A stretch of 63,597 bases of DNA, filler included, from Aduncisulcus paluster (GCA_024181965.1; 11 parts of 11 records of this genome joined end to end with filler, not necessarily neighbours in it), one strand, 5' to 3'. Positions 44,691-55,504 are shown, counted from the first letter of the whole stretch. The notes: generated by a model from the sequence alone, not told the origin. Program-made: numbers and translations.

Positions 44691-45325
44691 GAATATGATG
44701 AATTCAAAACAATATTTATCAACATTTATATTGCACTTTTATAAAACATTTCATTTTAATGAATATTATTCCAATTATCTTTTCTTATATCCCTGTCTCT
44801 TGTTTATTCCTCGAAATCAAACTCCGATTCGACCCCAAAGGAACTAGTAATAATAATAATAATCGATTCAAACCAAAAACAATTCAATANNNNNNNNNNN
44901 NNNNNNNNNNNNNNNNNNNNNNNNNNNNNNNNNTTAATTAATTAANNNNNNNNNNNNNNNNNNNNNNNNNNNNNNNNNNNNNNNNNNNNTTTCGTTAACT
45001 TGTTTGGAATCCAAATTGGATTATGAAATTCTTTTTTTGTTTGTTTGTTTGTTTGTTTGTTTTGTTTTGTTTTGTTTGGATTATTTCTTTGGTCATCAAC
45101 CTGGACTGGCGTATTAGATCTATGAATTTATTTTTTTCGAGTCAGTCTACATGTCTCATTACCTGTGTTTTCTCTTTGTTCACCTTAATAAACACTGTTT
45201 ACACAACATTTTCTTTTTATTTTATTTTTTGGTCCAATCACCGGCTAGGCCGGAAAACTAAACGGTTACACGTATTTTTTTTTGTTTGGATTTGACTATC
45301 ATCAAGAGAATTATATTCAATAATT

Positions 45326-45856
45326 ATGGTCAAATTATCCTTAACAATTCTTCTTGCTATATTTTTGATTGTTGGACTTACTGTGGGTTTCTTTTTTGCC
45401 TGGTCAAATTCAAAATCTCTCAGTCAACTTAAAGCCAAGGATGAATACAGCATTCCTCGAATGTTACGAGAAGTTAAAACGATGTCTGAGGCAATTATTC
45501 TTATTGTTTGTTTGAAAAAGGAGTTATGCCTATCCAAATCAATTTCTACTCATTTATGCTCACATTCTGTACTTGGTGCTTCATTGGCCGCTGCTGAGAA
45601 ACAAAAACATCGAGCTGCATATAAAACATGGATTGATCAAGATCAACCCAAACAATATTTCTATTTATCTGATAAAGAATTCCGTGATATTGAGAGGAAG
45701 GCGAAGAAGGCAGGAATTAACACCTATACGACATTTAGTCCTCTATCAACTGAATTAGAAAAACGAGATAAGGCTGTTATCGCCATTGGGCCAGATTCAT
45801 ATGATAAATTGAAAGATGCGTTTCCAAATATTTCCTTAATCAATCCGCTCAAATAA
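45326..45856 (+). CDS. PTH2: Peptidyl-tRNA hydrolase 2 (Pth2/Bit1)-like protein with N-terminal TM anchor
   Basis: N-terminal TM; LCSHSVLG ~ QCSHAAV; TWIDQDQPK ~ WExxGQPK; KAKKAGI; AVIAIGP ~ TVLGIGP. Confidence 0.7.
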   Translation: MVKLSLTILLAIFLIVGLTVGFFFAWSNSKSLSQLKAKDEYSIPRMLREVKTMSEAIILIVCLKKELCLSKSISTHLCSHSVLGASLAAAEKQKHRAAYKTWIDQDQPKQYFYLSDKEFRDIERKAKKAGINTYTTFSPLSTELEKRDKAVIAIGPDSYDKLKDAFPNISLINPLK

Positions 45857-46296
45857 CTTTTAAATATATATATCATTACTTTATAATTAAATCATTTTTT
45901 ATTCAATTTAGTTCTCTATGTTTTCCTTCAATTGATAACAGATTTTTGGATATTCGTTGATTATTTTGCATTTGACTGAAGATATGCATTTTATAAGATG
46001 TAAATGTTCTACTTTTAAACAGAAAATGTCTTATTTTTGATCCTATGTGGATTATTAATGCGTTATGACATTCCATTCTTTCTCTTCGGTTGAAGACATT
46101 CTCTCTGAATATATTCAGTAAAATGAATTAATATAAGGTCATTTCTTAAGATATGCCAGAATAAATGCATTCATTGTTTCGAAATAGATCCTAAAAAAAT
46201 TCTATCAAGTTTTGATCACATCCTGAGGGAGAAAGGACATTTTTTTTATTTGTTTTGGATTTTAAATAACGTATTCTTAATATTCCATATCTATAA

Positions 46297-49200
46297 ATGA
46301 GCAATTTACGTCTTGATAGCATTGACGTTGATTTTTCACAGCTTATCTCTCAGAATACGCATAGTCCTCTGAAATCATATCATTTTATATGTGGTAAGTT
46401 CGATATTATTCCCCAAAAACATATAGAAATGCTATTACCTTCAAATTCTTCTCTTGAATTAGGTCAACCCACTTCTATTGCCATTTCTGGTGAAAAAGAT
46501 GACAAACAAGTTGCAGCTTTTATTCTATCAATTTATTCTTGTGTTCAATGCACATCACTATTCTTCAATGGATCTAATTTTGGACAAAAATCTACTCTTG
46601 CTCTTGCTTTGTTGCTTTCGAAGGTCAAGTCATCGTTAAGCATTCCTAAGGATAAAGAAGGAACGATTCAAGATTCATATGGCCCATCCCATGATGATCC
46701 ATCAGATATTCAAGGCGATAGCAAAAGTTCCACAGATACAGATGGAATGGACCATTCTTCTGGACTTCAACCAAATATTTCCCTTCATGTATCTCATCTT
46801 ACTGATCAAGATCTGGATATGTCCTCATTAATATTCCTCCCCAATCTCACAAATGTATCATTTCGGTCGTCATCTCTTTCCGATCATTCCCTTGCTCTTC
46901 TACTTCCAATCATGCTTCCAAGGATCAAACGTCTTGATCTGGCACTCACCTCGATCACTTTCAAAGGAATATTCTCACTTGCTCATCATTTGACCGAGTC
47001 AGGATCTGATGAAGCTTCAACTGAAGTAGGCTATGATCAAACCGGTCATGAAAGTTGGCAAGAACAACGAATAACCTCAAAAATAACCGCTCCAACCCCT
47101 TCCCTTCCTGATGGTGGTAGTATTTTAGATATTGATAGTGTTGCCACTAAAAGTGTCGTTCTGGAAGATCTTGTTCTCGATTTTATTGATTTGAGCAAAT
47201 GCGGTGGGTTATTGGGCGTTATTATGACATCTGTTCCATCATTGATCTCTGTTTCTCTTGGTAATTGCTCTATTTCTGATTCTACCTTCAAACACATCGA
47301 TTTTGCACGTTGTTCGGTGAGAAACTTGTCACTTTGGTCCAATAATCTGTCTGATATTGCTGCAAAACACCTTTCCGTGGGTCTTAAACATTTTATTGAG
47401 CAGAAATACCAAGGGGAGTGCCTTGTTCACCCTCTTCAAGAGCTCATTTTAGCTGATAATCGGATTGGTCATATTGGTTTCTCGGAAATAATGGCTATTC
47501 TTGCGGAATGTAACCCAGTTCTCCGTAAACTTCCCCTTGATGATGCCAAATTGGTGGCCAAAGAAAGAGAAAAAGAACAAACCAAACTTCGAATGAGTCA
47601 AATATCGTCTTTAGAAGCCAACTCTTCATCAACAACAATTGCTCCGGTGTCTTCTACAGCACTATCATCCCAACAATTAAAGACACCTTCCCTGAGTACG
47701 AGAACAATGTCTTGGCAGATATCAGCAAAACTTCGTGTTCATCAGACCCCTGCGTCACCCATGACTCCATCATTGCCTCATATTTCATCATCTCTGAAAG
47801 ATTCGAAGACATCTCCTTTGTTCACACTTTGTTTGGCCTCTCACAAACTTTTGCTGAGAGTTCTTGATTTGTCTGATAATCCCCTTGGTGATATTGCATT
47901 CAGCAAGTCGCAGCAGTATCTCAGTAAGATATTATTGAAACAACGGGATTCGTTGGCTCTGTGTCGTGACATCGTGTATGGATCTACTGTGTTCAGTAGT
48001 GTTCATAAACCACACCCTCGGATGAGGACTGGAAGATTGGGGGAAGAAGGAGAGAAGATACGCGACTCAGGGTTTGGGGCGTTTAGAAGCAAGTTCCAAA
48101 AGCCAGGAGATGATTTTCCCGGTGAACAGTCCGAGGTTTCTTCAACAGCCCATCACGATTCGCTCTCTTCTTCTCTATCTCCTTCCCAACTCTTCCTTCT
48201 TCTTCCCCCTCCTCTATTCCGCCTCACATTAACCAATGTTGGGATGGGCCTTGGTGGTGTCCGTTCAGTCGCTACAGCCATTGCTTCTTCCTCCTCTGAG
48301 CACTCACCTTTCGACACAAAGTGGAATGGTACAGTGGGTACCGGGATTGCAGGTGGAATTGCTCTTCATCCGCAATATTGTTCTCCTCTTCCTCCATCAT
48401 CGATGGCCACAACAGGAGATTTCTCTGCATCAACAGCTGTTAGCTCTATGACTGCAACGTCACAGCTGACGTCACAACGTCTGGGACAAGTGTTCTCATC
48501 CCCTGGCAGTCCTTTCCATAAGACTGCAACTGGATCTGTGCGGAACTCATCACTGGACGCCCAAAAACGAAGCAGAAGTCTATTGAGCAGATATCCACAG
48601 GGTCCTTCTCCCTTCTCTGCCCAAAACCCCCAAGATCATGGTGTTAAACGTGCATCTGCTTCATCTATGGCTTCATTCGGCTCCAGACCTCCTCCTCGAG
48701 TTGGCAAAAGGGATGATCCTGCAACTTCTCCTCCTCTCACTTCCTCAGCGCATGTTGAAATGGTTTCCACTGTTGAGAATGATATTCTTCCTGATACTCC
48801 TGTTATTGATGGGCCTCACCGTGTATTTGGAAGCTCCGTGATGGCTAGCAATTTGGCTGAGGAAGACGAGATCTCTGGTGATAGGGAGAATGTGAGTGTA
48901 TGTATCCTTGCCAAACAGTGTGATCAGACATTGTCCCGGATTTGTGATGAAGAGGATGGTGATATGTTCGTTCAATCGTCTTTTCAATCGATGCACCCAC
49001 CTTCCTCGACATCATTGGTAATGGGTTCGAATAATGTGAAGATGAACAAACAATCAGTATTCCATATTCCAACGCCATTAATGCCTTTCCTCTTTACCCA
49101 GCTTGATATTTCTGACAATTGTATCACTGATGGTGGCGGTGTTATTCTATGCGGTAGTGTGCGTAACTGTGTGACATTGAAATCGTTGGGTCTTGCACAT

Positions 49201-49668
49201 TGCGGTGTTGGGAGGGCTTCAATGAATCTGCTTGCCAGCGTTCTTCGAGTTCGTCATAATATCACTGAGCTTGATGTGAGTGGTAATGGACTCGGGGATG
49301 AAGGAGTGGCGCGTCTAATCGCATCCGTGCGGGCTTCTCGTCTTGAATCATTGTGTTTGAATAATAATTCCTTGTCAAACACATCCGTCACTTCACTCTC
49401 CGAGAGTATGAAGGATCATCCTTCTCTCAGAACTCTATCACTCAGGAGTAATTCTATATCGTATAATGGAATATTGGTCTTATCGCGTTGTATTCCTTTC
49501 TGTCCTCAGTTGAAAAGACTTCACCTTGGAGGCAATCCACTGGATTCGCCTTCTTTCTCATTGTTGACATCTTCATGTGAAATAATTGCAAGAGAAAACA
49601 AAGAAAAGGGTGACCCTGACAAATTTATTTGTGATGTGATTGAATGTAGTTGTGAAATAAAATTGTAA
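46297..49668 (+). CDS. Ribonuclease-inhibitor-type LRR protein with disordered insertions
   Basis: Repeated LxxLxLxxNxL: LQELILADNRIG, LRVLDLSDNPLG, ITELDVSGNGLG, LESLCLNNNSL, LRTLSLRSNSI, LKRLHLGGNPL. Confidence 0.85.
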   Translation: MSNLRLDSIDVDFSQLISQNTHSPLKSYHFICGKFDIIPQKHIEMLLPSNSSLELGQPTSIAISGEKDDKQVAAFILSIYSCVQCTSLFFNGSNFGQKSTLALALLLSKVKSSLSIPKDKEGTIQDSYGPSHDDPSDIQGDSKSSTDTDGMDHSSGLQPNISLHVSHLTDQDLDMSSLIFLPNLTNVSFRSSSLSDHSLALLLPIMLPRIKRLDLALTSITFKGIFSLAHHLTESGSDEASTEVGYDQTGHESWQEQRITSKITAPTPSLPDGGSILDIDSVATKSVVLEDLVLDFIDLSKCGGLLGVIMTSVPSLISVSLGNCSISDSTFKHIDFARCSVRNLSLWSNNLSDIAAKHLSVGLKHFIEQKYQGECLVHPLQELILADNRIGHIGFSEIMAILAECNPVLRKLPLDDAKLVAKEREKEQTKLRMSQISSLEANSSSTTIAPVSSTALSSQQLKTPSLSTRTMSWQISAKLRVHQTPASPMTPSLPHISSSLKDSKTSPLFTLCLASHKLLLRVLDLSDNPLGDIAFSKSQQYLSKILLKQRDSLALCRDIVYGSTVFSSVHKPHPRMRTGRLGEEGEKIRDSGFGAFRSKFQKPGDDFPGEQSEVSSTAHHDSLSSSLSPSQLFLLLPPPLFRLTLTNVGMGLGGVRSVATAIASSSSEHSPFDTKWNGTVGTGIAGGIALHPQYCSPLPPSSMATTGDFSASTAVSSMTATSQLTSQRLGQVFSSPGSPFHKTATGSVRNSSLDAQKRSRSLLSRYPQGPSPFSAQNPQDHGVKRASASSMASFGSRPPPRVGKRDDPATSPPLTSSAHVEMVSTVENDILPDTPVIDGPHRVFGSSVMASNLAEEDEISGDRENVSVCILAKQCDQTLSRICDEEDGDMFVQSSFQSMHPPSSTSLVMGSNNVKMNKQSVFHIPTPLMPFLFTQLDISDNCITDGGGVILCGSVRNCVTLKSLGLAHCGVGRASMNLLASVLRVRHNITELDVSGNGLGDEGVARLIASVRASRLESLCLNNNSLSNTSVTSLSESMKDHPSLRTLSLRSNSISYNGILVLSRCIPFCPQLKRLHLGGNPLDSPSFSLLTSSCEIIARENKEKGDPDKFICDVIECSCEIKL

Positions 49669-49920
49669 GCCATCTGATTTTGGATTTTAATTTAACATCA
49701 AAAAATGTCAACTCTTTTGATTTTATTCTTCGTATCGCACCTTTGACATATCATCATTGGATTTGGTGCGAGAGTGAAATATTTTTCTCTCCTTTTATGA
49801 TGTCAGATCGATTTTTAAAAAAATTGATTTTCTCAAGTTGTTCGAGAGAAGTAGAGAATTTCTATTTTGAACCAATAGATAAAATACATATATTCAAGGA
49901 AAATAGTCTGATAATAACGA

Positions 49921-50973
49921 ATGGATATTCCAAAAACCATTCATAAGACTCAATTTATATCCGAATGCATTGGAAGAGATCCTCTTGCAAAACTTCCATA
50001 TATTAGTCCTGAAAATAGTATAGAACTTGATATGGTCCATTTTGAGGGTGATTATTTTGGTCGCTGGACTCCAGGACGCCTTAAGAAGTGCATTTTAGGA
50101 AAATCGAGAACGTGTTATCGAAGAATACAGTTATTTTTACTTTCCCCAAGGTATTTGAGTGGAATATTCGTTTGTTTGTGGCGTGATTCCCCTCATAATC
50201 CTAAGACCATGTGTATAGGTTGCCATTCTATAGCTGGCAAGTATTTTGAAAAAGTATTCTCGGTTTCTCCATTATCCCATGATTTTGAGTGGCAATTCTT
50301 CCCCATTGATATTCCTGATATCGTTTCATGTGAATTGATTCATCATTCTTCTCAAGGGTGTACTGACATGTCATTAATTCGTTGTGTATATTTCGTCTCA
50401 GATATTCACCAAGAACAATCCATAGAACAGGCAATACTATTTGAAGAAGCAGAACACTCGACCTCTTTGATTTTATCGCCTGAAGAAATTCCTGTTCTCT
50501 CGAAATTCGTTCAAGTTGGGCGCAGTTGTTCATTTTATCGCCCACCACTTGATTTGTATGATAAAAGAGCAGCAATCCTTGATATTCCTCATTCTGGTGG
50601 CCAATTTTTGGGAAAATGGAGAAATTTATTCCGCCTTATTAACTTCTTATTGGGTCGTTCTCGAATTGTTTTTCAAGAACTCCACCTTAAATTTCTATTT
50701 TCTCCCAATATCCATGGAATATATGTGTGTTTATGGCGTGATTCTCTTGATTCTGCAAAGAAAATGCGATGTATTTTCCATCAACAGAGTGGAGACATGA
50801 AGACAATTGTTTACACCTTTCCTAAACTGACACATGAATTTGAATGGCATTGGTTACTTGCTGATGTTCCAAATGTAATACAATGTGATATTATTCATGT
50901 CGATTCTATCGGATCGACAGATCGTTCCCTTCTCCGAAGCATTCGATTCCTTTCACAGCCTTTTGATGAATAA
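49921..50973 (+). CDS. Hypothetical protein with two internal repeats; divergent 'HISIPF' family member
   Basis: GIFVCLWRDS..FEWQFFPIDIPDIVSCELI and GIYVCLWRDS..FEWHWLLADVPNVIQCDII, compared with GAYIC..EWYFLPIDLDNIVLCEI. Confidence 0.8.
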   Translation: MDIPKTIHKTQFISECIGRDPLAKLPYISPENSIELDMVHFEGDYFGRWTPGRLKKCILGKSRTCYRRIQLFLLSPRYLSGIFVCLWRDSPHNPKTMCIGCHSIAGKYFEKVFSVSPLSHDFEWQFFPIDIPDIVSCELIHHSSQGCTDMSLIRCVYFVSDIHQEQSIEQAILFEEAEHSTSLILSPEEIPVLSKFVQVGRSCSFYRPPLDLYDKRAAILDIPHSGGQFLGKWRNLFRLINFLLGRSRIVFQELHLKFLFSPNIHGIYVCLWRDSLDSAKKMRCIFHQQSGDMKTIVYTFPKLTHEFEWHWLLADVPNVIQCDIIHVDSIGSTDRSLLRSIRFLSQPFDE

Positions 50974-51938
50974 TGTCAAAGATGTCAAGTTCACACCAGG
51001 TTTATTGTACGATATAATATGTTCAAAGTCAAAGCACATCCTTGGATAAATGGTTTTTGTTAATATTTATACTTCCATAATAATTTATGTATTGTCATTT
51101 TTTCCTGTTTACAATGACAAGAAATGATTTAATTTTGGTTTTCAATTGCTCTTTAAACCACTTATATACTCAGTTCTCATCGAAATGAATTCTAAATTCT
51201 TCAATTGGATACTGGATGAATAATTAGATCTAATAATTCCATATTTTACTTAATGAATGTGTGTCTTATATGATATAAGTTATAGCAACAGTATTAGTGT
51301 CTTAATATCAAAAACGACGTTGTTATTAACAATGGTAGAAACACATAAACAGAGAGAGGATGGACATTCCCAAATAATACAAAAGATTGATCTTCACCNN
51401 NNNNNNNNNNNNNNNNNNCAGTTCTCATCGAAATGAATTCTAAATTCTTCAATTGGATACTGGATGAATAATTAGATCTAATAATTCCATATTTTACTTA
51501 ATGAATGTGTGTCTTATATGATATAAGTTATAGCAACAGTATTAGTGTCTTAATATCAAAAACGACGTTGTTATTAACAATGGTAGAAACACATAAACAG
51601 AGAGAGGATGGACATTCCCAAATAATACAAAAGATTGATCTTCACCCAATGCTTCTTCAAGAATTATCGTAAGTTACGAATTGAACACATTCCACACTCC
51701 TTACCTTCGTTCCTGTTTGACCGCATCAGTCGAGACAATCTGATTCTGTAGGGAAGATGTTGAAGAAAAGATGGAATCATGAATTCTTCACGAATTCAAG
51801 ATCAGAAAAGACAATTGTGCACTTCTTTGATCGGATCAATGTTATTAAATTATTAAAAATCAAGAAATTTATCCGACACAGTGTCTCGGATACAATGTCA
51901 AAGGTATAATATCCTTTGAAGACAATAACATCATTGAA

Positions 51939-53051
51939 TTATTTCCATGGAAGTAGAGATAATCGTTCAGCTACAACGGTTTCCTCTGACATAGTAAATA
52001 CAAGGGAGTTAATAATGAAAATTCGACAATTCTTCTCCCACCATCTTCCTTTCCCTTCAATCTCACACAATACAATATTATCCAAATCAATAGGAAGGAA
52101 ATACCATTCAAAGCAATATTTAGGTCTTGTGAATTCATACTTCTTGCATGTCTTCTTACCATCAGAATCTGTGAAAGTGAAGAGAAGACAGGGTGAAGTG
52201 CCATACTTACTCACACAGATATAAGCACCTTTCATTGGACTAGGTGATGGGAAAGGGATGGAAAGATGGGATAAGCGAAGACAATCTTCCCCTTTTAACA
52301 TTTTTTGTGCATCTGAACTCTGATCATACTTCTCAAATTCCTTACTATACGAATCATTCTTGCACTTAACCATTGAGAATGAAGGATCAACAAGCTTTGG
52401 ATCGTCACGTGGAATGGGAATAGATTTTCTGCCAAAAGATTCTTTATCTCCCTCCTGAACAAACTCTGGTTTCACAACTTGAGCTTCAGACCATAATTTC
52501 TCTCTGGCTTCACGAACTTTGATTTCTTCAAGAATTTCTTCTCTACTAATGAAAACGAGGGAGATGATTTGAAAATACTCGTACCATTTTCCTTTCCCTG
52601 TAATCTCACACAGAACAACATCAGAGAGCTCAACAGGAAGGAAATACCAATAAAAACTTTTAAAATCAGGAATTTCATATTTCTTGGATGTTTTATCACC
52701 CTTTGAAGATGTGAGAGTGAAGATAAGATGTGATGGAGGTGATACTAAATAAACATCATATAGACAGATGAAAGCCCCTTTCATTGGGGAAGATGAAGAG
52801 AAAGGAATGGAGATATGGGTAAAATGTCCATAATTAAACTCTCCTTGCATCATCTTTTGTGCTTCAGAACTCTGATCGTACCCATATTTACCTTCTTCCT
52901 TGGTTCCATCTATTGCTTTGATAGTTGGAAACTCTGCACTCTTAACATTGGGGGAATCTCGACGAATTGGAAAACATCTCTCATCTCCTTCATGAATAAA
53001 CTCAGGTTCCAGAGTTTGAATAACAGCATCTGAGGATGAACTCATTTGCAT
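51939..53051 (-). CDS. Hypothetical protein with two 'HISIPF..MKGAYIC' modules (complete, intronless)
   Basis: 370-aa ORF with an internal duplication; paralog of 16390-17342. Confidence 0.88.
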   Translation of the reverse strand: MQMSSSSDAVIQTLEPEFIHEGDERCFPIRRDSPNVKSAEFPTIKAIDGTKEEGKYGYDQSSEAQKMMQGEFNYGHFTHISIPFSSSSPMKGAFICLYDVYLVSPPSHLIFTLTSSKGDKTSKKYEIPDFKSFYWYFLPVELSDVVLCEITGKGKWYEYFQIISLVFISREEILEEIKVREAREKLWSEAQVVKPEFVQEGDKESFGRKSIPIPRDDPKLVDPSFSMVKCKNDSYSKEFEKYDQSSDAQKMLKGEDCLRLSHLSIPFPSPSPMKGAYICVSKYGTSPCLLFTFTDSDGKKTCKKYEFTRPKYCFEWYFLPIDLDNIVLCEIEGKGRWWEKNCRIFIINSLVFTMSEETVVAERLSLLPWK

Positions 53052-53594
53052 AGCGATAGAATTTCTTATCTAAAAAATGTGAACAAACGGAAAAATTGCG
53101 AATTTCAAGGAGAACGGTCCGAGAAACAAAGACAAAATTAACAAAACGAACAAGAAACGACCACACAGCACAATATAGTTAGTATAATTGAATGAATCCG
53201 GCTAAAATATTTCTTAATATCCATCTAATAAAAGATGCGACATATAGTAAACATACAATTTGCTTGTTTGCCAAGAAACCGAAAAAATGGAGGACTGAAC
53301 AAGCAACCCTTCAATAGATAAGATTGGAAAAATTAAAAAAACACATATAAACGAGTAAAATGCTGGTAAATGATAAAAACATGTTTTATTTTCATTTCCA
53401 TGTTTATTCTTTTTTTTTTTTTTTTTTTTATAGGACGTAACAGGTTTTTTTATTTATATGACGGCAAACTCTGCTTTGTGCGAAAAGAAATAAACAAAGA
53501 CTTCCTTTTGATAAGTAATATTTTGCTATATAAATTTTTCTTTCAGAAAATTTATACTCGATATCTCAGGCTTTTGGAGAACCCAATGGGTTTG

Positions 53595-54192
53595 TAAGAA
53601 TTACCACTTGGCCATTTTAGTGGTAATTTTGGGAAAATTTTGGCTTTTAGTGGTAAAAATCACGATTTTGAGAGGCCTAAAACATCATTTTTTTGAAATA
53701 TAAATTTGGGGAAAAATCAGTATTTTGGATGCATTACGGAATATGACCAAGGAAAGACTTGGGCAAAGTCAAGAATGTGAAGGTATTTGGCCTAACCTTG
53801 GCGTTACATGCTCAATATTCCAAGGCAAACAGCAAAGATAAGAAACAGAAAGAGAAAGAGGAAGAGGAAGGGGAGAAATCTACAAGAGGACAAGAAATAG
53901 CAGACAAATTGATAAAGTTCTTCTCAGACCTGAAGATCAAGCCAACTTTTATCATCACACGACGCTCTCATGCAGAATGTTGGCAAGAGATTATATGATG
54001 ACAAAAAATATACAATGATAAAAATATTTGGTGTTTGGCACCAATTAGATTTGTTAATTGGGGATTTTTTTAAAACCAAAAGATATAAATTCATTCCTGA
54101 TTTAATCACCATTATATCCTCTCAGAAGCATCGAAAGCAACTTTTGTCCTCTTACCACGTTAAATCGGTAACAAAATGTCTCACTCGCTGGG
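53595..54192 (+). mobile_element. Degenerate hAT-family (DUF659-like) transposase fragment with upstream repeats
   Basis: TRGQEIADKL ~ HTgenia; FIIT/D.ALMQNVGKRL (frameshift near 53960) ~ VVTDNAxNMxxAGxxL; GVWHQLDLLIGD ~ CxAHxLxL; TRW. 10-bp inverted repeat at 53599-53628 and TTTTAGTGGTAA twice. Confidence 0.6.
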
Positions 54193-54292
54193 NNNNNNNN
54201 NNNNNNNNNNNNNNNNNNNNNNNNNNNNNNNNNNNNTTAATTAATTAANNNNNNNNNNNNNNNNNNNNNNNNNNNNNNNNNNNNNNNNNNNN

Positions 54293-54849
54293 AAGGCAAA
54301 GGTAAGCGTCCCAAATCGATTGTTTTAAATTCTGAGTTGAATGAAGATCTACCGCAGATTCCAACCCATCTTCTGAAAGCCCTTCCTCCAAAGCAGTCTC
54401 CGACGTTCTTCATTCAACAACCCCCAGACTCCCTTCCACCACCATCAATGTCCCAATATGCCCAGTCCATCCCACCATCTTCCCTCTCCCAATTCGGGCA
54501 ATCTATCCCTCCCCCTGCCTATTCCTTTCACAGCCAGTCCATTCCTCCGGCGTCATCTTTCCCCCTTTCCCAGGGAGCCCCCTCATTCTCATCCATTCTT
54601 GCCTCCAAAGGTCGTGACAGTGTGGGTGGGATGGCGATGTCTCTGAACAAGCAAGAGGAGAGAGATATTGCATTTGCCAAGAAAACAGTGTCAAAGTCGC
54701 AAATTCAGAAGGCCAAAACCAGCTTTCCCTCAATGCTTCCAAAGAGTGGGTCCGTGTCTCCCTTGTTCGATTCAAGGAAACGGAGAACAACAAGGCCAAA
54801 AATCGCATCAAAACGTGGTGAAAAGAGGCAAAAACACCCGCAACGTTAA
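54293..54849 (+). CDS. Pro/Ser-rich C-terminal fragment with 12-aa repeats, 5'-truncated
   Basis: Open from the contig start; PPPSMSQYAQSI / PPSSLSQFGQSI / PPPAYSFHSQSI. Confidence 0.55.
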
Positions 54850-55504
54850 ATAGTTTCCGTTGAGTTGTTTCTATCCAATGTGTATTGCTTTATTGAAGTT
54901 TCTTTTCCCATTTTCTGCTCCACCTTCTCGTTCTCATATCAGAGTTCAGGAATATTTATCTACTATACTTTACTTTACTGTACTATAGATCTGATCTACT
55001 ATACAATGGTCCGATTCTATTGACTCACTGTCAAAGCCAAGATCCAATGGCATCAAAAGGCTGAAGATCTAACAATGATTTTTATGAATAATGGATGATT
55101 TTATTGAGAAATGATGTAGTAACTACATTGTAGTTCAAATCTGAATTTTGATTGAACCGGAACAGGTCCTGTGAGGATGACTGTAAGACTATAAAAACAT
55201 ATCAGATTGAGTTATCGACAATATTAAAGATGACAATAATAGAATTCATGATAATCAATTTGATTACACAACATTTTGAATAATATATAATTTCCAGATT
55301 TTCTGTGTTTCTGGACAAAAAGCTAAAATACACTAATATTTTCACAAAGAAAGATGATTGGAGAATCAAAGCAACAAAAAGTCAATAAAAAAATGGAATA
55401 AAAGACAAAAACACAACGACGAACAAAAAAAAGGACGACAACGAGTTGTATATGTATAGGAATCTATTTTTAGATAAAAAAGAATACTTTTTTTTTTCTA
55501 CACT

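Noticed and set aside
3229-51646. Five 228-340-bp direct repeats around 20-N gaps as tandem duplications or LTRs
   Set aside because: They are unmerged scaffold overlaps; collapsing them restores continuous ORFs.
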